Origin: Bacillota bacterium
GTDB taxonomy: Bacteria; Bacillota; DTU025
NCBI GenBank assembly: GCA_050951805.1
Contig: JBMNJT010000008.1
Span: 480,001-544,000, forward strand
DNA: 64,000 nucleotides
Reading direction: 5' to 3'
Below are positions 1 through 10,599 of this stretch, piece by piece; the stretch's first letter is position 1, and the number at the start of each line of letters is the position of its first letter. Under the pieces are notes generated by a model, which saw only the letters and a program-made list of their open reading frames with translations, had not been told where the DNA came from and ran no database searches. The position numbers and the translations under genes are program-made.

Positions 1-192
1 GAAAACGGTATTCAGATAGACGTTCCGTCTCCGACGAAGATAACAGTCAGGGGCACAGATAAGCAGCTGGTCGGGCAGACTGCTGCGAACATAAGGGCTG
101 TCAGAGAGCCCGAAGTATACCATGGCAAGGGCATAAGATACGCGGGCGAGCGCGTTGCGCTGAAGGCTGGCAAGGCCGGCAAGATCGGCTGA
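1..192 (+). CDS. rplF: 50S ribosomal protein L6, C-terminal part (truncated by window edge)
   Basis: Frame 1 reads ...[48 protein letters not shown], the L6 C-terminal signature; lies directly before rplR. Confidence 0.95.
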   Translation, partial: ENGIQIDVPSPTKITVRGTDKQLVGQTAANIRAVREPEVYHGKGIRYAGERVALKAGKAGKIG

Positions 193-230
193 TGCTGCAG
201 CTTGCGGCAGAATGAAAGGAGCGACGTGCA

Positions 231-599
231 ATGTACAATAGGGTTGACAGGAAAGAGGCCCTGGCCCGCCGTCATCAGCGCGTTCGGAAGGATGTTAGTG
301 GAACCCCCGAACGCCCTAGGCTGTCTGTGTTTCGGAGCCATGCCCACATATATGTTCAGATAATAGACGATACGACAGGCCACACCCTGGTGGCGGCGTC
401 TTCTGTGGAGCCGGACATCAGGGCAAAGGTAGGGTATGGTGGAAACATTGCCGCGGCGGAGGAAGTGGGCAGAGTAGCGGCGGAGCGAGCCATAGAGAAG
501 GGAATCCGTAAGGTCGTATTCGACCGTGGCGGCAATCGTTACCATGGCAGGGTAGCTGCATTGGCTGAGGCCGCGCGCAAGGGCGGCTTAGAGTTTTGA
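231..599 (+). CDS. rplR: 50S ribosomal protein L18
   Basis: RPRLSVFRS and [14 protein letters not shown] motifs; spc operon order. Confidence 0.98.
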   Translation: MYNRVDRKEALARRHQRVRKDVSGTPERPRLSVFRSHAHIYVQIIDDTTGHTLVAASSVEPDIRAKVGYGGNIAAAEEVGRVAAERAIEKGIRKVVFDRGGNRYHGRVAALAEAARKGGLEF

Positions 600-617
600 G
601 GCGGGGGAGGGCAGTAA

Positions 618-1118
618 ATGGCTAAGATCAATCCTGATAGTCTGGATCTTAAGGAAAGAGTGGTTAGCATCAACCCCGTGGCCAAGACGACTAAAGGCGG
701 CCGAACGCGGAGCTTTCGGGCGCTGGTAGTTGTGGGTGACGAAAACGGGCATGTTGGGGCTGGGCTTGGGAAGGCCTACGAAGTTTCGGAGGCCATAAAA
801 AAAGGAGTCGACGATGCCAAGAAGAACTTGGTGTCCGTCCCTATGGTGGGAACTACTGTTCCGCATGAAGTGACCGCGAAATCCGGCGCCGGATGTGTTA
901 TGCTTAAACCCGCTGGCCCTGGAACGGGAGTCATAGCTGGAGGCGCTGTTAGGGCGGTTCTCGAACTTGCGGGTTATCGCGACATACTCACGAAATCTCT
1001 TGGGTCGAATAACCCAATGAGCATGGTCAATGCTACCTTGGTTGGCTTGCAGTCCATGCGCACCGCGGAGCAGGTGGCTCGGACACGCGGCAAGTCTGTC
1101 GAGGAACTTGCTAGGTAG
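618..1118 (+). CDS. rpsE: 30S ribosomal protein S5
   Basis: [21 protein letters not shown] and GTGVIAGG motifs. Confidence 0.98.
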   Translation: MAKINPDSLDLKERVVSINPVAKTTKGGRTRSFRALVVVGDENGHVGAGLGKAYEVSEAIKKGVDDAKKNLVSVPMVGTTVPHEVTAKSGAGCVMLKPAGPGTGVIAGGAVRAVLELAGYRDILTKSLGSNNPMSMVNATLVGLQSMRTAEQVARTRGKSVEELAR

Positions 1119-1131
1119 GAGGGGTCGAAAG

Positions 1132-1317
1132 ATGGCAAAGAAGCTGGTTGTCACGTTGAAGAGAAGCACCATCAGCAGACCCAAAGACCAGCGGGCGACT
1201 GTGCGCTCTCTGGGCCTCCGCAAGATTGGCCAGACGGTTGAACACGACGACAACCCTGTTATCAGGGGCATGATCAACAAAGTAAGTCATCTGGTCGAAG
1301 TTACTGAGATCGACTGA
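1132..1317 (+). CDS. rpmD: 50S ribosomal protein L30
   Basis: [33 protein letters not shown]; ATG at 1132 follows AGGAGG; internal start within ORF 1030..1317. Confidence 0.96.
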   Translation: MAKKLVVTLKRSTISRPKDQRATVRSLGLRKIGQTVEHDDNPVIRGMINKVSHLVEVTEID

Positions 1318-1330
1318 GAGGGGTACAGCA

Positions 1331-1774
1331 ATGAAACTGCATGAACTACAGCCCGCGGCCGGCGCGAAGCGCGCCCCAAAGAGAGTAGGCCGGGGCACGG
1401 GTTCCGGGCACGGCAAGACTGCCGGCCGGGGTAGCAAGGGCCAGCTGTCTCGCTCAGGCGGAGGCAAGGGCCCTGGGTTTGAAGGTGGGCAGACACCGCT
1501 TTACAGGCAGCTGCCGAAGCGGGGCTTCACCAACAAGTATAAGGTTGAATACGCAGTCGTTAACGTTTCCGACCTCGAGCGGGTTTTTGAGGCTGGTGAT
1601 GAGGTTGACAGGGATGCGCTCCGCGAAAAGGGCCTTGTGAAAGGTCATGACGCGCTTGTTAAGGTTCTTGGAGACGGAGAGCTTACGAAGTCCCTCACCG
1701 TTCGCGCTGACAAGTTCAGTGAGAGCGCAATGTCGAAGATCAAGGCGGCGGGAGGGTCCGCGGAGGTGGTATAG
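1331..1774 (+). CDS. rplO: 50S ribosomal protein L15
   Basis: [17 protein letters not shown] and [18 protein letters not shown] motifs. Confidence 0.98.
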   Translation: MKLHELQPAAGAKRAPKRVGRGTGSGHGKTAGRGSKGQLSRSGGGKGPGFEGGQTPLYRQLPKRGFTNKYKVEYAVVNVSDLERVFEAGDEVDRDALREKGLVKGHDALVKVLGDGELTKSLTVRADKFSESAMSKIKAAGGSAEVV

Positions 1775-3037
1775 GTGCTGGCAGCGCTCGTAAATGCTTG
1801 GAGGGTCCCGGATCTTCGCAAGAAGATCCTCTACAGCGCATTCCTGTTGTTCGTGTACAGACTTGGTGCATTCATACCGGCGCCAGGTGTCGATATGGCC
1901 AAGGTCGCAGAGGTGTTTCAGGCGGTAATGGGCGAGACAGGCGGCGGCCTTCTGGGCCTTGTCGACATGTTTTCAGGAGGCAGTATACAGAGGCTGTCAG
2001 TGTTTGCGGTCAACGTGGGATCCTATATTACCGCGTCGATCGTGATAGAACTTCTGACAGTTGTCATTCCGTCGCTTGAGGAATTGTCCAAGGAGGGTCC
2101 GGAGGGACGGAGAAAAATTTCGCAGTATACAAGGTACCTCGCGGTTGCCCTGGCGGTTTTGCAGTCATACGGATATTCGGCAATGTTCAGGGAGGCGATC
2201 CGCCCCGGGGCAGTCTGGACCTTGCTCGTGATTGTCAGTATGACTGCCGGTGCCTCGTTCGTCATCTGGCTGGGCGAAAAGATATCCGAGAAAGGAATAG
2301 GGAATGGGATTTCTCTGATCATTTTTGCCGGCATTGTCACGCAGCTGCCAGGCAATGTTAAAAACGTCATTAGCCTGGTGAAGTCGGGCGGGACAGGTTG
2401 GGTGTTTGCGATTGTATACGTGCTGATGAGCCTGGCGCTTGTAATTGGCGTAGTGGCAATTAGCGAAGGGCAGCGCAGGGTGCCTGTGCAGTATCCCAAG
2501 AGGGTTGTAGGCCGGCGGGTTTACGGCGGGCAGAGCACTCATATACCGATCAAAGTGAACCAGGCGGGTGTTATACCCGTGATCTTCGCGTCATCGGTGT
2601 TAGCGTTTCCCGGCACGTTGGCTCAATTCATACCTGGGATGGCACCTGGTGTCAGGGCGTTCATGAACAACGTATGGGCTTACAACATCGTATACGTTGC
2701 TTTGATAATTCTCTTTAGCTATTTCTATACGGGCATCACATTTAACCCGGTGGAAGTGGCAGATAACATGAGAAAATACGGGGGATTTATCCCCGGGTTC
2801 AGGCCGGGACGGCCGACGGCGGAGTATCTCGACCGCGTGTTGACGAGGCTCACCTTCGTGGGCGCAATATTCCTGGCTATCATAGCGCTTTTGCCTAACA
2901 TAACCGGACGGCTTACATCTAACACTGTGACGTTTGGCGGTACTGGGCTTCTGATTGTTGTAGGCGTTGCGCTTGACACGATGAAACAGATCGAGGCTCA
3001 GCTGATAATGAGGCAGTACGAGGGCTTCTTGAAGTAA
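1775..3037 (+). CDS. secY: Preprotein translocase subunit SecY
   Basis: Polytopic membrane protein with GIGNGISLIIF, AGVIPVIFA and GGFIPGFRPG; GTG start immediately after the rplO stop. Confidence 0.98.
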   Translation: MLAALVNAWRVPDLRKKILYSAFLLFVYRLGAFIPAPGVDMAKVAEVFQAVMGETGGGLLGLVDMFSGGSIQRLSVFAVNVGSYITASIVIELLTVVIPSLEELSKEGPEGRRKISQYTRYLAVALAVLQSYGYSAMFREAIRPGAVWTLLVIVSMTAGASFVIWLGEKISEKGIGNGISLIIFAGIVTQLPGNVKNVISLVKSGGTGWVFAIVYVLMSLALVIGVVAISEGQRRVPVQYPKRVVGRRVYGGQSTHIPIKVNQAGVIPVIFASSVLAFPGTLAQFIPGMAPGVRAFMNNVWAYNIVYVALIILFSYFYTGITFNPVEVADNMRKYGGFIPGFRPGRPTAEYLDRVLTRLTFVGAIFLAIIALLPNITGRLTSNTVTFGGTGLLIVVGVALDTMKQIEAQLIMRQYEGFLK

Positions 3038-3082
3038 GGCTTTGGAATGCCCAAGAAAATGAGGATGGGAGTGCGTCGCGAG

Positions 3083-3730
3083 ATGCGTGCAGTGCTGATG
3101 GGACCTCCCAGCGCGGGGAAGGGCACTCAAGCTGTCAGGCTGGCAGCAGAGTTCGGCGTCCCGCATATATCCACAGGGGACATGTTCAGGGCCGCGATAG
3201 CGGCAGGCGCCGAGCTTGGTCGGCGGGCACAGGGATTCATAGAAGCCGGCAAGCTGGTTCCTGACGACGTGACTCTTGGCATCGTTTGCGAGAGGTTGGC
3301 CGAAGCGGATGCAATGTCGGGATTTATTCTTGACGGATTTCCTCGGACTGTGCCGCAAGCAGAGGGACTTGAAGACATACTTCGAGCCCAGGGCGTGAGG
3401 CTTGATGCAGTGGTGCTCATAGAGGTTCCCGAGGACGTCTTGGTGCGAAGGGTAACCGGACGGAGAGTATGCGAGAAGTGTGGTCGTGTGTACCACATGG
3501 AATGGAATCCGCCTCCAGGATCCGCGTGCGAGTGTGGTGGTCTGGTCACTCAACGGAAGGATGACTTTCCGGAGACAGTGAAGAAGCGGCTTGCAACGTA
3601 TCGAACGCAGACAGAACCGCTGAGGGATTATTATGCCTCCGAGGGAAGCCTCGTCGTGGTAGATGGAACGGGAGATCCTGATGAGGTTTTCAGGCGCATA
3701 ACACGTGCCCTTGGAAGGTGTGGGTCATGA
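3083..3730 (+). CDS. adk: Adenylate kinase with Cys-containing (zinc-type) LID
   Basis: GPPSAGKGTQA P-loop, HISTGDMFR, LDGFPRT, LID CEKC...CEC; start placed at ATG 3083 (ORF open from 3047). Confidence 0.96.
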   Translation: MRAVLMGPPSAGKGTQAVRLAAEFGVPHISTGDMFRAAIAAGAELGRRAQGFIEAGKLVPDDVTLGIVCERLAEADAMSGFILDGFPRTVPQAEGLEDILRAQGVRLDAVVLIEVPEDVLVRRVTGRRVCEKCGRVYHMEWNPPPGSACECGGLVTQRKDDFPETVKKRLATYRTQTEPLRDYYASEGSLVVVDGTGDPDEVFRRITRALGRCGS

Positions 3731-4473
3731 TCATTCTGAAAACCGCGGCTGAAATCGAGCAGATGCGGAAAGCGGGCGCCCTGGTCGGACAGGTGCTGGA
3801 GAGACTGGGCAGATACGTGGCCCCAGGTGTCCGAACGGCGGAGCTCGATGCCATTGCCGAAGAAATGATACTGGCCGCAGGCGGGATGCCGTCGTTCAAG
3901 GGTTACTGTGGATACCCGGCATCGATCTGTGTGTCTGTGAACGACGAGATCATCCACGGAATACCTGGCAAACGGGTGCTGGTTGAGGGCGATATAGTAT
4001 CTATCGATTGCGGTGCAATCCTCGACGGGTATCAGGGGGATGCAGCCATGACCTTTCCAGTGGGAGATGTCTCAGTTGAAGCGGAGAAGCTCATGCGAGT
4101 GACGCGGGAGGCGCTTGAGGCTGGAATAGAGATGGCAAGGCCGACGATGCGTCTTGGGGATATTGGCAATGCCATCCAGGTACATGCCGAGAGTAATGGG
4201 TTTTCAGTGGTCAGGGATTTTGTTGGCCACGGCATCGGACGGCGCATGCATGAGGACCCTCAAATCCCAAACTTTGGGTCGCCGGGCACGGGACTACGGC
4301 TCAGGCCTGGAATGGTCCTTGCCATTGAGCCCATGGTGAATGCGGGCGGCCACGAAGTAATGATCATGGACGATGGCTGGACTACGTGCACGCGTGATGG
4401 ATCGCTGTCGGCCCACTTTGAGCACACGGTAGCCATAACTGATGCTGGCCCCGAGGTTTTGACTCTTCCGTAG
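3727..4473 (+). CDS. map: Methionine aminopeptidase type I
   Basis: SVNDEIIHGIP, GHGIG, AIEPM and SAHFEHTV motifs; ATGA overlap with the adk stop. Confidence 0.97.
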   Translation: MIILKTAAEIEQMRKAGALVGQVLERLGRYVAPGVRTAELDAIAEEMILAAGGMPSFKGYCGYPASICVSVNDEIIHGIPGKRVLVEGDIVSIDCGAILDGYQGDAAMTFPVGDVSVEAEKLMRVTREALEAGIEMARPTMRLGDIGNAIQVHAESNGFSVVRDFVGHGIGRRMHEDPQIPNFGSPGTGLRLRPGMVLAIEPMVNAGGHEVMIMDDGWTTCTRDGSLSAHFEHTVAITDAGPEVLTLP

Positions 4474-4496
4474 CATGCAAGGCAGGTGTAAGGCAG

Positions 4497-4793
4497 TTGT
4501 CTTCCGGGGGTCCATTGCTTGGACAGTTCGTAGTATCTAAGATGGGCAGGGACAGGGGCAGGCTCTTTGTCGTAGTCGGCCGTGAAGGTGACGGTTACGT
4601 TTACATTGCTGACGGCGCAACTCACAAGTTGGGCAAGGCGAAGCGGAAAAACGTTAAGCACCTGATAGTGACGGAGCAGGTGGATGAAGATATAAGGGCC
4701 GCGCTCGAGGCCGGAAACTCGGTCACCGATGAACAACTTGTTACGGCTTTGAGAGTGTACAGACCTCAAGAGAGGAAGGAGGGGGATGCTTAG
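4497..4793 (+). CDS. KOW-domain RNA-binding protein (L14e-like)
   Basis: [13 protein letters not shown]...ADG...KRKNVKHL; usual Bacillota position between map and infA. Confidence 0.88.
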   Translation: MSSGGPLLGQFVVSKMGRDRGRLFVVVGREGDGYVYIADGATHKLGKAKRKNVKHLIVTEQVDEDIRAALEAGNSVTDEQLVTALRVYRPQERKEGDA

Positions 4794-4795
4794 TT

Positions 4796-5014
4796 ATGGC
4801 AAAAGAGGATGCCATAGAAGTTGAGGGCACAGTCGTTGAACCATTGCCAAACGCCATGTTCAAGGTGGAACTGGAAAATGGCCATACGGTATTGGCGCAC
4901 GTGTCCGGCAAGATGCGCATGAAGTTCATCAGGATTCTGCCAGGTGACAGAGTCACGATTCAGCTATCACCTTACGATCTGACTCGCGGCAGGATCGTGT
5001 GGAGATACAAGTAG
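4796..5014 (+). CDS. infA: Translation initiation factor IF-1
   Basis: [30 protein letters not shown]...[10 protein letters not shown]. Confidence 0.99.
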   Translation: MAKEDAIEVEGTVVEPLPNAMFKVELENGHTVLAHVSGKMRMKFIRILPGDRVTIQLSPYDLTRGRIVWRYK

Positions 5015-5025
5015 GAGGGTTAGAC

Positions 5026-5139
5026 ATGAAGGTACGGCCGTCCGTTAAGAAAATGTGTGAAAAATGCAAGATAGTGAAGAGAAAAGGCCGCGTTAGAGTT
5101 ATTTGCGAGAACCCCACGCATAAACAGCGACAGGGCTAG
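5026..5139 (+). CDS. rpmJ: 50S ribosomal protein L36 (below ORF-track length cutoff)
   Basis: Manual translation [37 protein letters not shown]; AGGAGG upstream. Confidence 0.98.
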   Translation: MKVRPSVKKMCEKCKIVKRKGRVRVICENPTHKQRQG

Positions 5140-5154
5140 GAGGTGCAGCGTAGC

Positions 5155-5526
5155 ATGGCGCGAATCGCAGGTGTAGACCTTCCAAGAGACAAGCGGATAG
5201 AGGTAGCCCTGACTTATATATACGGCATCGGCCTCACCTCATCCCAGAAGATCCTGGCGGAGACGGGCGTTAACCCTGATACGCGGGTGAGAGATCTTAC
5301 TGAGACCGAGATCACGCAATTGCGAGAGGCTATTGACCGAGGCTATAAGGTAGAGGGAGACCTGCGCCGTGAAGAAGCCCAGAATGTTAAGAGGCTTGTC
5401 GATATAGGCTCTTACAGAGGGCTGAGGCATCGTCGCGGACTTCCCGTAAGGGGCCAGAGGACGAAGACGAATGCTCGAACGGCCAAGGGCCCGAAGAAGG
5501 CCATTGGCGGGCGCAAAAAAAGGTGA
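5155..5526 (+). CDS. rpsM: 30S ribosomal protein S13
   Basis: [14 protein letters not shown]...[19 protein letters not shown]. Confidence 0.98.
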   Translation: MARIAGVDLPRDKRIEVALTYIYGIGLTSSQKILAETGVNPDTRVRDLTETEITQLREAIDRGYKVEGDLRREEAQNVKRLVDIGSYRGLRHRRGLPVRGQRTKTNARTAKGPKKAIGGRKKR

Positions 5527-5560
5527 TTAGCATGGCGCGTTGCGGAAAGGAGGAACACTG

Positions 5561-5950
5561 ATGGCAAAGAGGCAGGCAAGGCCTAGAAGGCGCGAACGGA
5601 AGAATATCGAAACAGGAACAGCCCATATCAAGTCGAGCTTCAACAATACGATTGTTACCATTACCGATCCGGCAGGAGCTGTTGTGTCGTGGTCATCCGC
5701 TGGCGCCATGGGCTTCAAGGGCTCACGTAAGGGTACGCCGTTTGCAGCGCAACAGGCTGCGGACGCCGCGGCGCGTGGTGCCATTGATCAGGGAATGCGT
5801 TCAGTTGAAGTGTTGGTAAAAGGCCCCGGAGGAGGACGAGAGGCTGCGGTAAGGTCGCTCCAGGCTGCCGGGCTTGAAGTTAGCATGATAAAGGATGTTA
5901 CGCCGATTCCGCATAACGGATGCAGGCCACCAAAGAGACGGCGCGTGTAG
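5561..5950 (+). CDS. rpsK: 30S ribosomal protein S11
   Basis: [12 protein letters not shown] and [18 protein letters not shown]; AGGAGG upstream of ATG 5561. Confidence 0.98.
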   Translation: MAKRQARPRRRERKNIETGTAHIKSSFNNTIVTITDPAGAVVSWSSAGAMGFKGSRKGTPFAAQQAADAAARGAIDQGMRSVEVLVKGPGGGREAAVRSLQAAGLEVSMIKDVTPIPHNGCRPPKRRRV

Positions 5951-5973
5951 CCGAGCGAACAGGAGGTGCGATA

Positions 5974-6597
5974 ATGGCGAGATATACCGGATCAGTGTGC
6001 CGGCTATGCCGACGTGAGGGAGCTAAGCTCTTCCTCAAGGGAGATAGATGCTATACTGAGAAGTGTGCTGTTGCCCGGAGGGCTTACCCGCCGGGAGAGC
6101 ATGGTCAGGGAAGAAAGAGGACCAGCGAGTATGGTTTGCAGCTTCGCGAGAAGCAAAAGCTTCGAAGGATATACGGAGTGCAGGAAGCGCAGTTTGCAAG
6201 GTATTTTGATATGGCCGAGCGCAGACGGGGCATTACAGGCGAGAACCTCCTCGCTATCCTTGAGACCCGGCTCGACAATGTCGTCTATAGACTGGGACTG
6301 GGTGCCTCTAGGGCAGAGGCCAGGCAATTGGTGAGGCACGGGCATATTTACGTGAATGGCAAGAGGGTGTCCATACCATCGTATGAGCTTCGTGCGGGCG
6401 ATGAGATATCTGTGAGACCGGGAAGCAAGAACCTTGTCCACTTCAAGAATCTTGCCGAAGCAGGCGCTGTGACTGTGCCCGCATGGCTTTTAGTAAACGA
6501 GGACCGTTTGGGAGGCAGAGTTCTGTCAGTGCCGACAAGGGATCAGATAGACCTGGATATCCAGGAACACTTAATCGTCGAGTTGTACTCGAAGTAA
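5974..6597 (+). CDS. rpsD: 30S ribosomal protein S4 (Cys-containing N-terminus)
   Basis: [28 protein letters not shown] and [13 protein letters not shown]. Confidence 0.98.
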   Translation: MARYTGSVCRLCRREGAKLFLKGDRCYTEKCAVARRAYPPGEHGQGRKRTSEYGLQLREKQKLRRIYGVQEAQFARYFDMAERRRGITGENLLAILETRLDNVVYRLGLGASRAEARQLVRHGHIYVNGKRVSIPSYELRAGDEISVRPGSKNLVHFKNLAEAGAVTVPAWLLVNEDRLGGRVLSVPTRDQIDLDIQEHLIVELYSK

Positions 6598-6634
6598 TGC
6601 TGCCCCAAATGAGAAGGAGGGTGCTGAGCGCGCT

Positions 6635-7618
6635 ATGATTGAATCTCCAAAGCCTAGAATCGATTGCCAAGAGGATGGCGACCGATACGGTAGGTTTGTC
6701 GTGGAGCCTCTTGAAAGGGGATACGGCATAACCCTGGGCAACTCATTGCGCAGGATCCTTCTGTCGTCATTGCCCGGGGCCGCAGTCACCTCGGTCAAGA
6801 TCGACGGGGTGTTGCACGAGTTCTCGACTATTCCCGGGGTTTATGAGGATGTGACAGATATCATCCTGAACCTCAAGAGTCTTCTCGTGAGGCTGCATAC
6901 AGATGTGCCCAAGGTCATTCGGCTCATGGCCGAAGGTCCCGGTGATGTCGTGGCCGCTGATTTCGAGGCCGATGCAGAAATAGACATACTCAATCCCGAG
7001 CTGCACATTGCCACATTGGGCACAGTTGAGGCGGTGAATCAGGATACCGGAAAGACGGAAGAGCGAGGTGCAGTTCTGTCGCTTGAAGCCGTCGTGGAAC
7101 CCGGCCGGGGTTATGTGTCTTCCGAGAAGAACAAGAGGCCTGAGCAACCCATAGGCGTGATACCAATGGACTCTATCTTCACTCCAGTGGAAAAGGTGAA
7201 CTACACCGTGGAAAATGCTCGAGTCGGTGGAGTTACCGACTACGATAGGCTGGTTCTGGAGGTCTGGACTCACGGGACCATCACTCCGAAAGAGGCTGTC
7301 AGCATGGCGGCTTCGATGATGAATGAACACATGAAGCTGTTCATAAGCCTTTCTGAGCCTGAGGAAGAGGTTGAGCCGGAGGCTGAACCCGAAGAGGATT
7401 GCCGAGATCGGGCCCTTGAAATGGTAATCGAAGACTTGGACTTGTCGGTGCGGTCGTACAATTGCCTGAAGAGAGCGGGCATAAACACTGTCGACGAGTT
7501 AACCCACAAGACTGAAGAGGAAATGCTCAAAGTGAGAAATCTGGGACGCAAATCGCTTGAAGAGGTCAAGCAGAAGCTTGAATCATTGGGACTGTCGCTC
7601 CGACAGCCTGATGAGTAG
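6635..7618 (+). CDS. rpoA: RNA polymerase alpha subunit
   Basis: [22 protein letters not shown] and [14 protein letters not shown] motifs. Confidence 0.99.
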   Translation: MIESPKPRIDCQEDGDRYGRFVVEPLERGYGITLGNSLRRILLSSLPGAAVTSVKIDGVLHEFSTIPGVYEDVTDIILNLKSLLVRLHTDVPKVIRLMAEGPGDVVAADFEADAEIDILNPELHIATLGTVEAVNQDTGKTEERGAVLSLEAVVEPGRGYVSSEKNKRPEQPIGVIPMDSIFTPVEKVNYTVENARVGGVTDYDRLVLEVWTHGTITPKEAVSMAASMMNEHMKLFISLSEPEEEVEPEAEPEEDCRDRALEMVIEDLDLSVRSYNCLKRAGINTVDELTHKTEEEMLKVRNLGRKSLEEVKQKLESLGLSLRQPDE

Positions 7619-7638
7619 TGTAAGGGAGGAGAGCGCAG

Positions 7639-8025
7639 ATGAGCCGCAGAAAGCTCAGCCGTACAGCGGAGGAGCGGCGTGCTCTTTTCCGGGGCTCGGT
7701 GACGTCGCTGTTTTTACACGACAAGATAATCACCACGGAAGCGAAGGCAAAAGAGATACGCCCAGTTGCTGAAAGACTCATAACATGGGCAAAGGTTGGC
7801 GACCTTCATCACAGGCGTCTTGCAGCCAAGTATGTACTCGATCCTGTAGCGCTGCAAAGATTGTTTGATGAGATCGGGCCTGCGAACATTGATAGACCGG
7901 GCGGGTATACTCGCATTATAAAGCTTGGCCAAAGGCGTGGGGATGGAGCGCCGCTAGCCATTATTGAGCTGGTAGATATGCCGGGCAGCAGCGTAAGCGC
8001 GAAGCCGGCGAAAGCCAAGAAGTGA
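7639..8025 (+). CDS. rplQ: 50S ribosomal protein L17
   Basis: ITTEAKAKEIR and RPGGYTRIIKLGQRRGDGA motifs. Confidence 0.98.
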   Translation: MSRRKLSRTAEERRALFRGSVTSLFLHDKIITTEAKAKEIRPVAERLITWAKVGDLHHRRLAAKYVLDPVALQRLFDEIGPANIDRPGGYTRIIKLGQRRGDGAPLAIIELVDMPGSSVSAKPAKAKK

Positions 8026-8031
8026 TGTGTT

Positions 8032-8907
8032 ATGAAACCCGTAGTGCGCGTCGAGAATGTGAGCTATGCCTATGATGGCGGAAGCCAAGGACAGGTAGAG
8101 GCGCTTCTCGACGTTAGCCTGGAGATTTGGCCTGGCGAGTTTGTGGCCATAATCGGACACAACGGATCAGGCAAGTCGACACTGGCTAAGCATATGAACG
8201 CCTTGCTCCTTCCAACACGTGGCGACGTCTACGTGCTCGGGATGAACACTCGCGACGAATCGTTGTTGTGGGATATACGTCAGACTGTTGGTATGGTGTT
8301 TCAGAACCCTGACAACCAGATAGTGGCGACCATCGTCGAAGAGGACGTGGCGTTTGGACCCGAGAACCTTGGAGTTCCGCCTGATGAAATGCGCCGGCGT
8401 GTAGATGAAGCGCTGGCGCTTGTGGACATGACTGGGTATGAGAAATCCGCCCCCCATATGCTTTCCGGAGGTCAGAAGCAGCGGGTGGCTATAGCAGGCG
8501 TGATTGCGATGAGACCCAGGTGCATTGTCCTTGACGAGCCCACTGCGATGCTGGATCCGGTGGGCCGAAGTGAAGTACTGCGTACAGTGCGCCATCTCGC
8601 TTCCAATGAGGGAATTGCGATTGTGCATATAACACACTTCATGAGCGAAGCTGTCTATGCAGATCGTGTTATCGTAATGGAAGAGGGGCGGGTTGCTCTC
8701 TCCGGGACGCCACGAGAGGTCTTCTCGCAGCCGGCCACATTGCGCAAGCTGGACTTGGATGTCCCACAAGTTACTGAACTCGCTGCCCAGCTGCGAGCGG
8801 CAGGTGTGGCGCTTCCAAGGTATCCGCTGACGGTTGAGGAAATGGCGGACGACATTGGAACTCTTTTGGGCAGGGGGCCGTGCAGCAGTGAGCTCCAAAA
8901 TCATTGA
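8032..8907 (+). CDS. ecfA1: ECF transporter ATPase A1
   Basis: GHNGSGKST, FQNPDNQ, LSGGQKQRVAIAG; position after rplQ. Confidence 0.93.
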   Translation: MKPVVRVENVSYAYDGGSQGQVEALLDVSLEIWPGEFVAIIGHNGSGKSTLAKHMNALLLPTRGDVYVLGMNTRDESLLWDIRQTVGMVFQNPDNQIVATIVEEDVAFGPENLGVPPDEMRRRVDEALALVDMTGYEKSAPHMLSGGQKQRVAIAGVIAMRPRCIVLDEPTAMLDPVGRSEVLRTVRHLASNEGIAIVHITHFMSEAVYADRVIVMEEGRVALSGTPREVFSQPATLRKLDLDVPQVTELAAQLRAAGVALPRYPLTVEEMADDIGTLLGRGPCSSELQNH

Positions 8908-9817
8908 AGTTCAGAACCTATGCTATACGTATATGCGAGGCACGCCATTGGCGCGTCAGGCCCTTACAGACGTCAATCTGTCGATCGACGAAGGAGATCT
9001 TGTGGCGATCATAGGCAAGACCGGCTCTGGCAAATCTACCCTGGTGCAGCATTTTAACGGCCTCCTTAAGCCTGATTCAGGGCGCGTGCTCGTGGATGGC
9101 CAGGATATCTGGGGCAAAGGTGTTGCGCTGCGGGATATTAGAAGAAAAGTAGGCTTGGTTTTTCAGTATCCCGAGCACCAGCTCTTCGAGGAGACCGTTG
9201 CTTTAGATATCGCGTTTGCCCCGAAAAACCTAGGATTGTCCGATGCTCAGGTCGATGATGCCGTTCGGGAGGCCATGCGCATTGTCGACCTTGACTATGA
9301 AGAGTTCGCTGACAGATCTCCTTTTGAGCTATCCGGCGGGCAGAAGAGGCGTGTGGCCATAGCCGGCGTGATCGCGATGTGTCCGAAGGTGTTAATCCTC
9401 GACGAGCCCACCGCCGGCATGGATCCGCGTGGCAGGGAGGATGTTCTCGGAGAGATCCAGGCGCTTCACGAAAAGCATGGATACACCATAGTCCTCGTCT
9501 CCCATAGCATGGAGGATGTTGCAAGATTCGCAAAGAGGCTCGTGGTCATGGAAGCCGGCAAGGTAGTCATGGACGGTGATCCCCGCGAGGTATTCAGGCA
9601 CCGTCAGGAGCTGATCGACATAGGCTTGGGGGTTCCTCAGATCACTGACCTCATGGCCGAGCTAGCCAGGCGGGGATATGGATTCTCGACTGGTGCAATC
9701 ACGGTTGAGGAAGCGCGTGAGATTCTGTTGCCGCCGCTTCTTGCGGCGTCTATCGAGTCGACTGGATCTGCAGGCCCGGACCCATCTGAAGGAAGGTGTG
9801 GGCATGGACTTCGCTAA
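8888..9817 (+). CDS. ecfA2: ECF transporter ATPase A2
   Basis: GKTGSGKST, FQYPEHQLFEETV, SPFELSGGQ; start estimated at GTG 8888. Confidence 0.92.
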   Translation: MSSKIIEVQNLCYTYMRGTPLARQALTDVNLSIDEGDLVAIIGKTGSGKSTLVQHFNGLLKPDSGRVLVDGQDIWGKGVALRDIRRKVGLVFQYPEHQLFEETVALDIAFAPKNLGLSDAQVDDAVREAMRIVDLDYEEFADRSPFELSGGQKRRVAIAGVIAMCPKVLILDEPTAGMDPRGREDVLGEIQALHEKHGYTIVLVSHSMEDVARFAKRLVVMEAGKVVMDGDPREVFRHRQELIDIGLGVPQITDLMAELARRGYGFSTGAITVEEAREILLPPLLAASIESTGSAGPDPSEGRCGHGLR

Positions 9818-10598
9818 TGCGGCAGTTGGACAGTATATGCCAGGGGATTCCTTCATGCACAGGCTGGATCCGCGGACAAAGATGTTGACTTCGCTCGGTG
9901 TTGTGATTGGTCTGTTCGTTGTGAGCGAGCCGTGGGCCTACGCGTTGCTCGCACTTCCTATAATGCTGGGAATCATGGTTTCGCAGGTCCCTCTTAAGCT
10001 GATAACCCGCAGCTTGCGACCGCTTACGTTTATCATGGTGCTTACTTTTGCCTTGCACCTGTTCATGGATCCAGGCGAGGCGATCTTTAGCATCGGGAGG
10101 ATTACAGCAACATATGAAGGGCTTCGGCTGGGGTTGATCACGGTTGTAAGGCTGGCGTTATTGATCATGGCAACTTCGATTGTGACGCTGACCACATCGC
10201 CGATTGCCTTGACAGATGGGCTGGAGCGTCTTCTGAAGCCTTTTGCGCGTCTCGGATTGCCCGCGCACGAGCTGGCAATGATGATGACTATCGCATTGCG
10301 CTTCATACCAACATTGCTGGAAGAGACCGACAAGATAATGAAGGCGCAGATGGCGAGGGGGGCCGACTTCGAATCGGGCAACATTGCGAAGAGGGCGAGG
10401 GCGATGGTGCCCATACTTGTGCCACTCTTCGTGAGCGCTTTTCGCAGAGCTGACGAGTTGGCGGTGGCTATGGAAGCCAGGTGCTATAGGGGCGGCGAAG
10501 GGCGGACCCGCTTGCGCGAATTGGCTTTCAGTGGAGCTGACGTGGCCGTGCTGGTAGTTGTCGGCGCGTACACGGTGGCTGTGGCGGTGGCATTGTGA
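9804..10598 (+). CDS. ecfT: ECF transporter transmembrane component T
   Basis: HRLDPRTK, ALRFIPTL and the two ARG-type motifs (AQMARG, AMEARCY). Confidence 0.94.
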   Translation: MDFANAAVGQYMPGDSFMHRLDPRTKMLTSLGVVIGLFVVSEPWAYALLALPIMLGIMVSQVPLKLITRSLRPLTFIMVLTFALHLFMDPGEAIFSIGRITATYEGLRLGLITVVRLALLIMATSIVTLTTSPIALTDGLERLLKPFARLGLPAHELAMMMTIALRFIPTLLEETDKIMKAQMARGADFESGNIAKRARAMVPILVPLFVSAFRRADELAVAMEARCYRGGEGRTRLRELAFSGADVAVLVVVGAYTVAVAVAL

Positions 10599-10599
10599 G

